A program made the translations under genes and the position numbers. From Mobula hypostoma (lineage: Eukaryota), in assembly GCF_963921235.1 (NCBI RefSeq), contig NC_086109.1, positions 34,350,001 to 34,414,000 of the forward strand: a stretch of DNA of 64,000 bases, in the 5' to 3' direction. Below are positions 24,201 to 36,020 of this stretch, in pieces (within the stretch, counting starts at the first letter, position 1; each line of letters begins with the position of its first letter). The notes beneath the pieces were generated by a model. The model saw only the letters and a list, made by a program, of their open reading frames with translations. It was not told the origin of the DNA and searched no databases.

Positions 24201-27200
24201 GGTGATGATACTCAGAGATTTGGCCTCATGGAATTAATGAGGGGAAAGAAGCACAGAATCTACTTTTTAACAACTCTAGTTTCTAGATACATATGTAGTT
24301 GATCCAGAAGACTGCAACAGAGGTTGTATTTCTAGGAATACAACCCATTTTATAACATAGATTAGTGAATCTGTAGGATTGAGACGTTAGTCTTTATAAC
24401 ATTAGTGCAGTGTGAAAAAATGTGGGCTGAAATGGCCTCATGTTGATTCACCATTGTAAAACCTGTTCTAATTATTCCAAATATGTATGTCTCAAGGCAT
24501 TGGTAATTTTTCTGCTCAAATTTTCTTCAGTCAGTTTTAATCAATTGTTGCACTAAATCTCAGGATTACCTGGGAGGGTAGATGTATGTGTCACATCTAA
24601 CACCAAGCCCAATTGCTCTAATACCAGTCCCAGCATATTACTAAGTGACATCATCACTCACTCAGCCATTTAATCACTAACTTTCCTTTATTTAAGTTGT
24701 CCTTTGTGGATTTGAATTGAGAGTTGAAGATTTAATATATTTTTTTAAATACCATGGTAGAAACTGACCACTTGAAACCAATGCTGAGTCGGATATGCAC
24801 CATAAATTCCATTTAAGCAGGCTGTGACAAAGGTGGACCTCACTGGATACGTTGGCACATAAAAGTTGGAGATTCATCTGTCCATTTCCCTCACAGGCAA
24901 CGAGGCAGTTCTTGGGCAGTGATGAACAGCTGGATGTTCAGTAGTTTGAGGATTGCTGGGTTACATGGAGGCTGACTAGCTGGGATCACCTATGCCATGT
25001 GCAGGAAACCATTTCCACTTGGTTATCCATGGCATATAAATCATACCCAGGCCTCACAGTACAAGCATTTTGGAGAATTATCTTTTTAGGGCTTTGAATG
25101 TGCCCGACACAACTTCCAGAGCAACTGTAGTCAACCTGCCACTGCAGCACTAAGGACATTGCAATCTACATTATCTGCCTCCTCATGAAACAAAATGCAT
25201 GATAATGATGCTACACAAGTTTTGACGGAAATGAAGGAGCATCACTTCATACCTCTTTCACTACTGTATAACAAACAAAATAAAAGCGTTTCAGTCATAT
25301 GTGTGCATATATGCCACCTGTTATTGTCGTAGGTTAGTTGAGGGTTGTAGCACAAATCCTCATGCTTCAGAATGTTCACGCTTGCTTGAAGAGTCAAACT
25401 TCCTCATTTTTCCTTCTGCACAAGCTCTACTGCCCTTGCAGCGTGTTGCATACAAAGCTAAGCGGAGAGGTAAACACTTCCTCAAAAATCACTCGAGCTG
25501 GAGGCTTTCTTTGGGTTTTTAATGAGAAAAAAATGTGAAACTGCAGAAATGTAAGTAAAATACCTATTAGATTCAAGATAGAATCGCTGCATTCCCAAGT
25601 ATACAAATACTATTGATTATTCTCACGATCAACATTAAACAAGGTAATACACAGTGCGACGTTCTGTAGCTATGCCGGGGACTAGAGTGAACTCGTGGTG
25701 CAAGGACAGTTTCATAGTGATGAACAATAAACATAATACTTCCTTCAAAGTACGTCTACTAAGTATTTATCAATATTAAGAAAACTTAGAAGTCACAGAT
25801 ATTACTGTTTCAAGGGCAAATAAAGAGTGGATGGCGATGATTATCTTTTTACTATTTTGCTCCAAGTCAAAATCTAAATTATCCCGTGCCGGCAATGATG
25901 TAAAATAAAGCTTTCGACCAGGAAGTGACGGTTCTACAAAATAAACTGCATACATAATGATCGGCGCCTCTGGAGGCAGAACACAATCCATATTTCACAG
26001 ATTCCTTTACGTAATCTTTGTGTCAATATTTTTGCGTGTTATCTGTACTGCATTTCCCTTGAATTTATTTACTTTTTGTTGGTTATTGTGCACACTGAAC
26101 AAGTGTTTACTTTTGAAAGCACAGTCAATTTAGCGGTTGTTAAATGGCTGAAGTGGACCATTCAAATACGCGGGTTAGATTATGCAATGTAACCACTCGT
26201 TATAGGGGGATGTGGCACAAGTCAGAATGCCATCTACATTGTGAATATTCATGGACTGTGTGTCAATTAGTTTTCCTTGGCTTTGCAATGCTGGTGAAAC
26301 ACCATAATCTTGAAAAAGAAAGGCTTCCCAAAATCAGCTTGTAGCATCCTTGTCCAGTGAAGACTGAAAATAGCACTGAAAGCCCATTATGATGTGCATT
26401 TTTATGTGAGTGCGTAATCAAGTATGCACAGTCCTTGTGACTGTGAATGATAAGGAATAATGAGGGTCTGAAGTTCAGACTACAGTGATGGAAAGTGTGA
26501 GAGTTAGAACGTGGAAGAGTACAGCACAGTACAGGTCCTTCGGCCGCGATGCTGTGCAGCTCTTTAACCTATTCCAAGATCAATTTCACTGTTCCTTCCC
26601 ATTTCTTCTTAGCCTCTGAGTAGGATCTATTCCATCTGTGGAAACACTTATTCAGATCTGTTTGAACATTGTAAAATGCAGCACATTTGCTCTTTAGGGC
26701 AGCTAAAAACTCCAGATAACTGTCTTTTCACAAACACATTCTGGTCAAGAATAAACTGGCAAAGAGGAACAATTATCACCATGTTGAAGCATGTGCATTT
26801 TTTAATAGGAATCACTGCAAATGCAGACCCCGGATCTATCTTTATTATATTGAGACATTGGAACTTCCGGTTGTTTATCATTTTGTTCCCTTTTCCAGGA
26901 GAGTGACTGATGGACTTCTTCTCCTTTTCCTTCCCATATATTTATTGCACTCCACACACAACCATTGATACAAGTATTTACAGGTCAGAACACACGATCA
27001 GGAGAAGATTTCTTGTTTCTGAATCATTGTTCTGATGGTTCAAACCTGTAATACTTTTATTAAGGCCTTCATGGAAGAAATATCAGACAGTATTATTTAC
27101 AATCGTGAACAATTTAATTGCATTCCAAATATGAACCACACTTTTAAGAATTGTCTTTGTTAGAGTAGTTCCCAGGGATAAATGATGACATCGATTCAAT

Positions 27201-27229
27201 TCAGTTTTGTTGATTCTGAAGTGGCTGAT

Positions 27230-27600
27230 AAGGCTTATATGTGAACTATTGACTATTCCCCAGTGGGTCAGGAAATGGCTGACAGGACATCTGATGGGTG
27301 GTTTATGTGGAGATAACTCCTGTTCTCGCAACCCCCAGTGCTATTCTTAATGCTCCTTTTCCATTTCGAGCCAGTCAGTGGGGATGTTGCATTAATCAAG
27401 GAGAGTTTCAGTGCATCCCTAAATCTTTTCCTGTGACTGCCTGATAATCTTTCCCCATGATAGAGCTCAGAAAAGAGCATCTGTTGCTGAACTCTGGTGT
27501 TGGCATGAGACATGTGGTTTGTCCTATGTAGACAACAGGTTGCAATTAACGCCTGAGTTCTGGGACAAAGCTGGTTTGCTCATCCTTCCATTGGGTTTGA
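27230..27600 (-). mobile_element. Decayed RTE-clade LINE remnant
   Basis: QMLFSELYHGERLSGSHRKRFRDALK matches the RTE motif seen at 7730-7810 (QIFYSQLKEGKHKRGGQQKKFKDVLK). Confidence 0.55.
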
Positions 27601-27976
27601 AGGATTTCGCTGAGAAATCCATATGCATCGAATCTGAGCTAAGTTGGAGGCTGAAATTCCAGAAGTTGCAAAGTAGCTGCAAATAAGACAAAATAAAAAT
27701 TGCAGAGAAGTAATATTAACTTTTCATTCATAAATTATTTCTCAAAGGCAGTAAAAATATTTATTTTCATTCCTACTCTTCATGGTGTTTTCTTGTAGTC
27801 CCTGTTGGCAGCTGGATTGGGAAGAGAGTGGGATGGTGCAAAGCAATGATGGCCTGATGTTTGGAACTGTTTTACATCATTTTGCTGGGGAAGGTGTGAC
27901 TCACTCAACTTAATCCAGCCTGACAGCTTGTCCTACAAACTTGATCCTTGTCACCCAAATACCATAAATATCTTAC

Positions 27977-27993
27977 TCTCTCTCTCTCTCTCA

Positions 27994-28038
<45 letters not shown>

Positions 28039-28049
28039 ACCCACCCACA
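27977..28049. repeat. Compound (TC)n(AC)n microsatellite
   Basis: Directly visible dinucleotide runs. Confidence 0.95.
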
Positions 28050-28554
28050 TTCTGTCACTCTCCATTTCTGTCTGTCTCTCTTTCAGTGTTTGTGTGTGAG
28101 AGAGAGTGCATCAATGTGTGAGCGAGAGAAAAAGTTTGCGAGGAAGTAGCTCATGGAGATGTGATTTTTTTTCTAACCCATCATCAGACTGGTTCATTGA
28201 TACTTTGAAAACCTGTGGCCAGATCACAGAGCTTTATGGGGTACCATGAGTCATATCCTGTTAATTAGTTGCTTTTCCAGCTAGGCCTGTTTCCTGTCAG
28301 TGGTGGCACAGTGATTAAGTTACTGAACTAGTAATCTGCAAAGACTATATAAAGTATATATATGGATGTTCAAATCCTACATTGACAGCTATGGAATTTA
28401 AAGTCAGCTACTCATTAATAATAGAAATCATAAAGCTACTTGATTGTTGTATAAAAAAACACCTTCAGTATTGTCTGTCAAAGTAGAAAATCTGCTGTCC
28501 TAAAATATGCAAGTGAAGTTACAAGGTAGTAAGGATCTGATTCTGATATGTTAC

Positions 28555-28652
28555 TCAGTCCTGAGGAAGGGTCTTAGGCTGATATGTTGACTGTTTGTTC
28601 ATTTCCATAGATGCTGCCTGATCTGCTGAGTTCTTCCAGCATTTTGTGTGTG
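28555..28652 (+). mobile_element. Penelope-like pLTR tail fragment with decayed hammerhead motif
   Basis: cagtcCTGAGGAagggtcttaggctGATAtgttgactg followed by the gatgctgcctgatctgctgagtt tail. Confidence 0.6.
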
Positions 28653-31232
28653 GAGTTGGTAGAATTCTTCCTTTCAGGGTGAACACATCACAACTCATTC
28701 TTCTGTCTGAAAGATATTGCTTTGTTTGGTTTCATTATTGATTGAGTTTAGAATGATGTATGTGGATTTCTGCCTATTGTTTTCATTGAATGCAATTATA
28801 AATTAGATAGATTGAATCAGGGTTCTGAAGTTGTTGAAAGTCTGCTGGGTAGTTACTTTGTTATTGTCATTTAAAAGTGCTTTGTATTTGAAAGATCTCT
28901 GGAGAGTTAGTTATTGTGAAGCCATGCACTTACCATTTTATGAACAAGAATGTGATAGATATTCGCTTCCAGGCCCAGGGGGTGTCACGTTTGCTAAGCC
29001 TGCTTTCTGAACACAACAGCTGCCACTTGTAAGATAAATGTCTCTAAGTAAACTTCCAACTAATATTGCTTTGTTTAACTTCTGGTCATGAATGGGAATC
29101 AGCCTGCAGTTCTCAAAATGTAACTTGCAAGCAGTAATCAGCTTGAAGTTTAAAAACAACTATGCAAACATTCTTTGTGTATACAATAGCAGATGTTCTA
29201 CCTGTAGAAAGCTGATGTAGCTCACTACACTTGGTTTATTACCACTTAAAGAGATGCAGTATAGGTTGTTTAATTTGGCTTGTTGGAAAACAGACTAACT
29301 GACTAAGTTGGTTATTTCAAGGAAGCTTGCAGACCAGATGGTTACAACCATTTGGCATATCAAATAACTGATGTATTTATAATTGGGATTTTATGTACTC
29401 AAAGAATTTAGGATTACAGTATTACTGTAGCTGGGGTCTGTGTATCCAAAAAGCTATTAGATCATTTGTGTAAAAGGGATCATATATGCGTGAAGCTACC
29501 CAAGTGGCAGAAAGTGGATATAAATGTAGAAAGCAGTTCAGGATTAAATGGAATGTGGTAAAGGAACATCAAGAGAAAAGATGGAAGAAACTTGGGGTGA
29601 ACTAGAATCCATTTCTCTGTTTTTGGTTTCTGTGACGGACAATTCGTTTGTTTGCATCGTTGGTATGTCTTTTTAGTTTATTGTACCTGTGTTTTGGAAA
29701 TCCTTTGTGTTTTAGAAATAGTTTGTAATTTGAAAATCTTTGAGATAGAAATCCTCTGTGAGTTTTAAATGTGCTTTAAGAATGTCGTTTGGATTTAAAG
29801 TGTATCACTGAAAATAAATAAACTGTGTTTTAAACTACTGTGATAGCTGGAAGTATCTTCTCCTTTGTAGGGAGAAAAGACCCACACTCAAATAGTAGGT
29901 ATTGCTAGCTAAACACACCATGGAGAATAAACAGGGAAGTAAACTACTCTTTGAATACAGGGCAGTTACAGTATAATCTTCCTTCAGTGAGAGTACTCAT
30001 GGCTATTTATATCTGATATGACTTAAGGTCTGCATTTGAGTTGAGAACTGTGTAGTCAGCAAACCCAGTACCAACACAAGAAGTTGAGGCTAGTTGACCC
30101 AATGTAACATTCGACTCCATGCAAAATAAAGTGGGAATCTTCATTCATTAAAAGTTGTTGCTTTGAAACTTTGATGTTGAATTGTCTTTTAAAATTAATG
30201 GCTAAACAATGATTGTTGCTGTCAGGCTTCTCAATGCACTCAATGATATCGGTTAAGGAAGATCATTAGAATGAAAAGAACCATGACCGATTCTACAGAG
30301 CTGCTTCTTCTTATTTTTCAAATGTCTTTGAACTGTAAACATCAGTGCCTTACTTTTAAGTTCTAGAGTCTGTTGTGTTGTAATTAGTTGAACAGAATAC
30401 AAGAAAAGCGTGCCTGCACAGCATATTTGTGCACGGTGAAGAAATGATTTTTTTCTGGCTACTTTTCAAGGGAGTATCCAAAGAAGAATGTTCCTGTTGT
30501 GTGCTAAGTGGTTGAAAGAAATCAATTCACACTAAATGAGAAAATGAATCCCTTGGCTGGAATGTGGGAGAGGTCGCTGTTGTAACTGAAAGGATTTGAG
30601 AAGACATTTGAATGGGTTCTCTTTAATCTTCTGGTTATGTGGCCACTGGAAAATAAACAAATAAAATTTAATTCCCTGCTTGCCTTTATCAGATAAATAT
30701 TTTGGCTTGGTGGCCAGCACCTAATCTTTCATCATGTAACTCAAGCACTGCCGGAAGTAAAAAAGAACAAAGTATATCATGTTCACATTTTGTTAGTTGT
30801 GCAAGATGACAAAAGAGTTGACTAGCCATAACAAGTAAGCACTAATGTTGGGACCATACTACGCCATAGCATGGGAGGGAAAAAAACTCTGTCTTGGTGG
30901 ATGGCTTTGTAAATCACAGGCCCTAAAATAGCCAGTCCTCTCAAATATGTTCTTCTTTATGATCTATCCTGTTTCAAAGTATTCAATTTTAACATGTTTC
31001 AAGGAAGTGATTATAGGATTGACCAAATGCTCATCGAAATGTTCTTGGTTTTAATGAGGAAATTGGTGGACGGAGGGGTGGGGATGGTGGGGGTGAAGGC
31101 AGGGAACTGGAGAGTTCAAAATTCAAGGTAATTTATTATCAAGGTCACCATATGCTACCTGAGATTCATTTCCTTGTGGGCATTCACAGTAAATACAACA
31201 AAATGTAATAGAATCTATGAAAAAATGCACAT

Positions 31233-32122
31233 AACAATTGTTGGCTGTATCTTGGGCAAGGATAAGTTTGAGTACAGAGAGGAAATTAAGAACCTGGTGG
31301 CATCGGATGAAGACAATAACCTATCCCGCAACGTCAGCAAGACGAAGGAATTGGTTGTTGACTTCAGAAGGAGTAGCAGACTGCATGACCCCATTTACAT
31401 CGGTGGTACGTAAGTGGAACAGGTCAAAAGCTTAAGTTCCTCGGGGTCAATATCACAAATGACCTGACTTGGTCCAACCAAGCAGAGTTCACTGCCAAGA
31501 AGGCCCACCAACGGCTTTACTTGCTGAGAAAACTAAAGAAATTTGGCTTGTCCCCTAAAACCCTCACTAATTTTTGTAGATCCACCATAGAAAGCATTCT
31601 TCTAGGGTGCATCACAACCTGGTATGGAAGTTGTCCCGTCCAAGACCGGAAGAAGCTGCAGAAGATCGTGAACACGGCGCAGCACATCACACAAACCAAT
31701 CTTCCGTTCTTGGACTCACTTTATACCGCACGCTGTCAGAGCAGTGCTGCCAGGATAATCAAGGACATGACCCACCCAGCCAACACACTTTTCGTCCATC
31801 TTCCCTCCGGGAGAAGGCTCAGGAGCTTGAAGACTCGTACGGCCAGATTTGGGAACAGCTTCTTTCCAACTGTGATAAGACAGCTGAATGGCTCCTGACC
31901 CGGATCTGGGCTGTACCCTCCAAATATTCGGACCTGCCTCTCGGTTTTTTTGCACTACCTTACTTTCCATTTTTCTATTTTCTATTTATGATTTATAATT
32001 TAAATTTTTAATATTTACTATCGATTTGTAATCCAGGGAGCGGGAAGCGCAGAATCAAATATCACTGTGATGATTGTACGTTCTAGTATCAATTGTTTGG
32101 CAACAATAAAGTAAAAAGTAAG
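31233..32122 (+). mobile_element. Rex1/Babar LINE 3' fragment, nested in an older opposite-strand Rex1-like copy
   Basis: [14 protein letters not shown] and LRKLKKFGLS...IESILLGCITTWYGSC, ending in an aataaagtaaaaagtaag tail. Closely similar to 60077-60960. Confidence 0.85.
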
Positions 32123-33690
32123 GTAACAAGACTGACAAAGAACCTATGTTTAAAGGACAACAAACACTGCAAATACAAAAAGAAAAAAAACAAAACAAAA
32201 AAAGTAATTATCAAGAACATGAGATGAAGAGTTTTTGAAAGTGAGTCTATAGGTTGTGGAAACTGTTCAGATTTGCTGTGAGTGAAGTTATCTACTCTGG
32301 TTGAAGAGTGGAATGGTTGAGGGGTAATAATTGTTCCGAAGCTGGTGGTGTGGGTCCTCAGGTTTCTGTACTTCTTTCCTGATGGCTGTAGCAAGAAGGG
32401 GCCGTCACCTGGGTGGTGGGCATCCTTAGTGATGAATGCTGCTTTCCTGCGGCAGTATTCCTTGCCGTGATGCTCAGTGGTGGGGATGGCTATACCTGAG
32501 ATAGACTGAGCCGTATCCACTAATTTCTGTAGGTTTTTCTGTTCAAAGGCATGAGCTTTTCCATACCAGGCTGTGATGAATACTCTCTACTGCACATTTA
32601 TAGAAGTTTGTCAAAGTTTTAGATGACATGCAGATTCTTTGCAAACTTATAAGAAAGTACAGATGCTGCCGTACCTTCTGTGTTATGGTACTTAGGTGTT
32701 GGTCCCAGGTCGGATCGTCATTAGTGATAAATGCTGAGGAATTTAAAGTTGCTGCCCTTCTCTGCTCTGATCCCCCTCAAAGACCTCCAGTTTTCTCCTC
32801 CTGTAGTCAATAATCCACCCTTTGGTTTTGCTGACATTGATTGAAAGGATATTGTGGCAGCTCCCATTCAACCAGATTTTTCAATCTCCCTCCTATTTAT
32901 TGATTTGTCACCAACTTTTGTTCGGCAAATAACAGTAGAACCATCAGAAAAGAAGAACAGCCCCTTGTGGTCCGTCTGTGCAGATGGTGATTATGGAGGA
33001 GATATTGTTGCCAATCTGAACTGACTGGTGTCTGCGGTGAGAAAATCAAGGATCCAGTTGCACAAGAAAGTATTGAGGCCCTGGTCTTGCCGCTCAGTAA
33101 TTAGTTTTGAGGGGATGATAGGATTCAGTGCAGAGCTGTTTTCAATGATGAGTATCCTGATGTATGCATCTTCACTGTCCAGATGTCCCAAAGTTGAGTG
33201 AAGAGCCAATACAGCAGGAGTGGCCAACCTTTTACATTCCATGTGTCAATTTTTTCACGCATGAGTTAAGATGCGCCATACAACTCTTGTACCCCCATTC
33301 AATTCTTGTAAAAATATGTTAATATAGAACTTGTGAGTGAAAAAATAGCATCTGAACTCGTGCGTGAAAAAATTGATGCATGGAATGTAAAAGGTTGGCC
33401 ACCTCTGCAATACCGCATCTGCTGTACACCTGTTGTGAGAGAACACAAACTGAACCAGACCCAAGCTAATTCACAGGCAGGAGTTGATACTTTTCATCAC
33501 AAATTCTTGAAGCACTTCATCACAGAGGACATAGCTGCCATTGGACAATAGTCATTGAGGTATGTTACCATGTTCTTCTTGGGCACCAGTATAACTGAAG
33601 CCTGCTTAAAGCAGATGGGTATTTCAGATTACCAAAGGTATCAGTGAGCACTCCAGCACATGTCTTCAGTACTCGGTAACGTAGCCTGTC
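32123..33690 (-). mobile_element. Older Rex1/Babar-like LINE (extreme 3' end at ~31115-31232)
   Basis: LALHSTLGHLDSEDAYIRILI...LCNWILDFLT and CRRKAAFITKDAHHPG...PSGKKYR. Its 3'UTR is split by the + strand Rex1 copy. Confidence 0.75.
33215..33407. mobile_element. hAT-type MITE (193 bp)
   Basis: About 60-bp terminal inverted repeats (TIRs) beginning CAG..GTGGCCAACCTTTTACATTCCATG. 8-bp TSD caatacag (33207-33214) / caataccg (33408-33415). Confidence 0.85.
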
Positions 33691-33899
33691 TGTGTCAGAG
33701 GTACAGGCGGAATGATTACCAACATCTGCAGAATCTCTTGTGTTTATGATTTATGAGGGAATGATTTATGGAATGATTAGATTGAAGTGCCTGAACAAAT
33801 GGGTACAGAGAACAGAGTCAGCATGTGTTATAGAAAAGAGATGGTCATAAGGAAGAGTCTGTGGATGATCAAATTTTAATTGGAATAATACATTTCATT

Positions 33900-34424
33900 T
33901 GGTACACCAATACACCTTGTTAATATGAATTTCTAATCAGCCAGTCATGTGGCAACAACTCCGCAGAAAAGCAAGCAAATATGATCGAGAGTTTCACTTG
34001 CTGTTCAGACAAAACATCAAAATGTGGAAAGAATGTGATCTGAATGACTTTGACCATGGAATGATTGTTGGTGCCAGAAGGGGTGACTTGAGTATCTCAA
34101 AAATTGCTGATCTCCTGAGATTTTCACACACAACAGTTTCTAGGGATTACAGATAATGGTACAAAAACAAAAAAAAAACAATGAGTAGCTGTTCTGTGGG
34201 CAAAACTGCCTTGTTAATGAGAGTGGTCAGAGGAGAATGGCCAGACTGGTTCAAGCTGACAGAAATATGACAGTAAATGAAATAAACTCATGTTATAACA
34301 GTGATGTGCAGAAGAGCATTTCTGAATGCACAACACATCGAACTTTGAAGTGGATGGGCTACAGCAGCAAAAGACTATCTTTATTAGGTACTTCCTGTAC
34401 CTAGTAAAGTGGCCACTGAGTGTA
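33900..34424 (+). mobile_element. Tc1/mariner non-autonomous derivative
   Basis: Paired-like HTH remnant DLNDFDHGMIVGARRGDLSISKIADLLRFSHTTVSR. Right TIR gtacctagtaaagtggccactgagtg followed by TA. The left end is degraded. Confidence 0.75.
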
Positions 34425-35014
34425 AGGTGATAAATTTGAAGTGAAGAATGTTGGCAATGAGACAAATTTTTCATTTTGCCAAGAATTCTGACAGACTGCA
34501 AAGCAAGAAGTAAATGCATATCTCTTTCCAAGGAAAACATTCATTGACAAAAATTCGATTTGGAATTAAACATGAATTAAGGTAGAAGCTGAATTTTTAA
34601 AAAGTTTAAATTATTTTAAAATGACTGAAGTCTTGAAACATTAAATTATCCAATTTACAAATGAGTTGTTTCCAGAAAGTTATTCAGGCCTAATTATGTC
34701 TTTGTATCTCTGAAAATGTAACTACACCACTTTAAAAATATGGAACATTTGTGGTGCTTCTTTTCTAAGTGGGAAGAATATGTAAAATATGAAGTTCTGG
34801 TCAATTGATTGAATCAACATTATTTGCCTCAGAGGAGGCTGCAGATTGCACACTGTTAAGTCAGGGATCATTATTAACAATTTCTTGGTTTCTATATTTC
34901 ATGCTGGATGCATAGCCTCTGAAAATTGTTCATTAACCGCCTCCAATATTTGTTGATAGTCTTGTTATTACTTTCACATAAATTCCAGGTCAATGTATTT
35001 CATATTTGCCAGGA

Positions 35015-36020
35015 TCAGAATCAGTTTTTCTATCACTGGCATATGTCATGATGCAGCCAATTGGAATGCTCTCCACAGTACATCTGTAGACATTTGCGAG
35101 TGTTTCTGGTGACATACCAAATCTCCTCAAATTCCTAATGAACTATAGCCATTGTCTTGCCTTCTTTATAGCTGCATCGATATGTTGGGTCCAGGTTAGG
35201 TCCTCAGAGATGTTGGCACCCAGGGGCTTGAAACTGCTTACTCTCTCCACTTCTGATCCTTCTGTAAGGACTGGTATGTGTTCCCTTGTCTTAGCCTCTC
35301 TGAAGTCCACAATCAGCTCCTTGGTCTTACTGATGCTGATAGCAAGGTTGCTGCTGTGACACCACTCAACTAGTTGGTATATCTTGCTTCTGTATACCCT
35401 CTTGCCACCATTGGAGATTCTGCCAACAATGGTTGCATCATCAGCAAATATATAGATTGCATTTGAGCTGCACCTTGCCACACAGTCATGAGTGCAGAGC
35501 TCACATCCCCGAGGTGCGCTGGTGTTGATTTTCAGCGAGGTGGAGACATTACTTCCAATTCGCTTCAGTTATGGTCTTCTGGTTGGGAAGTCGGGGGTCC
35601 AGTTGCAGAGAGAGGTACAATGGTTCCAAAGCTTTTTGGTTAGAATTGTAGGAATGATGGTGTTAAACACTGAGCCAGCATTCTCAAATAGGTATATGTG
35701 TTGTCCAGGTGAACCAAGACTGGGTGGAGAGCCAGTGAGATCAAATCCAGGTCCTTGCTGAGGCAGGGGTTAATTCTGGCCGTAACCAACCTCTCAAAGC
35801 ACTTTATCACTGTAGATGTGAGCGCTGCTGGACGATAGTCATTAAGGTAGCTCAGACTGCTCTTCTTCAGCACTGGTATAATTATTGCCCTTTTGAAGCA
35901 GATGGGAACTTCCAACTGTAGCAATGAGGGATCGAAAATGTCTTTGAACACCCCCACCAGTTGGTTGACACAGGTTTTCATAGCCTTACCAGGTACTCCA
36001 TCAGGGCTTGTTACCTCCGG
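35015..36020 (-). mobile_element. Rex1/Babar LINE, decayed RT fragment
   Basis: PDGVPGKAMKTCVNQL...NDYRPAALTSTVIKCFERLV and FADDATIVGRI...KTKELIVDFR. Confidence 0.85.

Noticed and set aside
23760..24237. 158-aa ORF, possibly an RTE 5' region with an HDV-like ribozyme on the - strand
   Set aside because: No protein motif is recognisable and I could not build the nested double pseudoknot by eye. Probably an old repeat.
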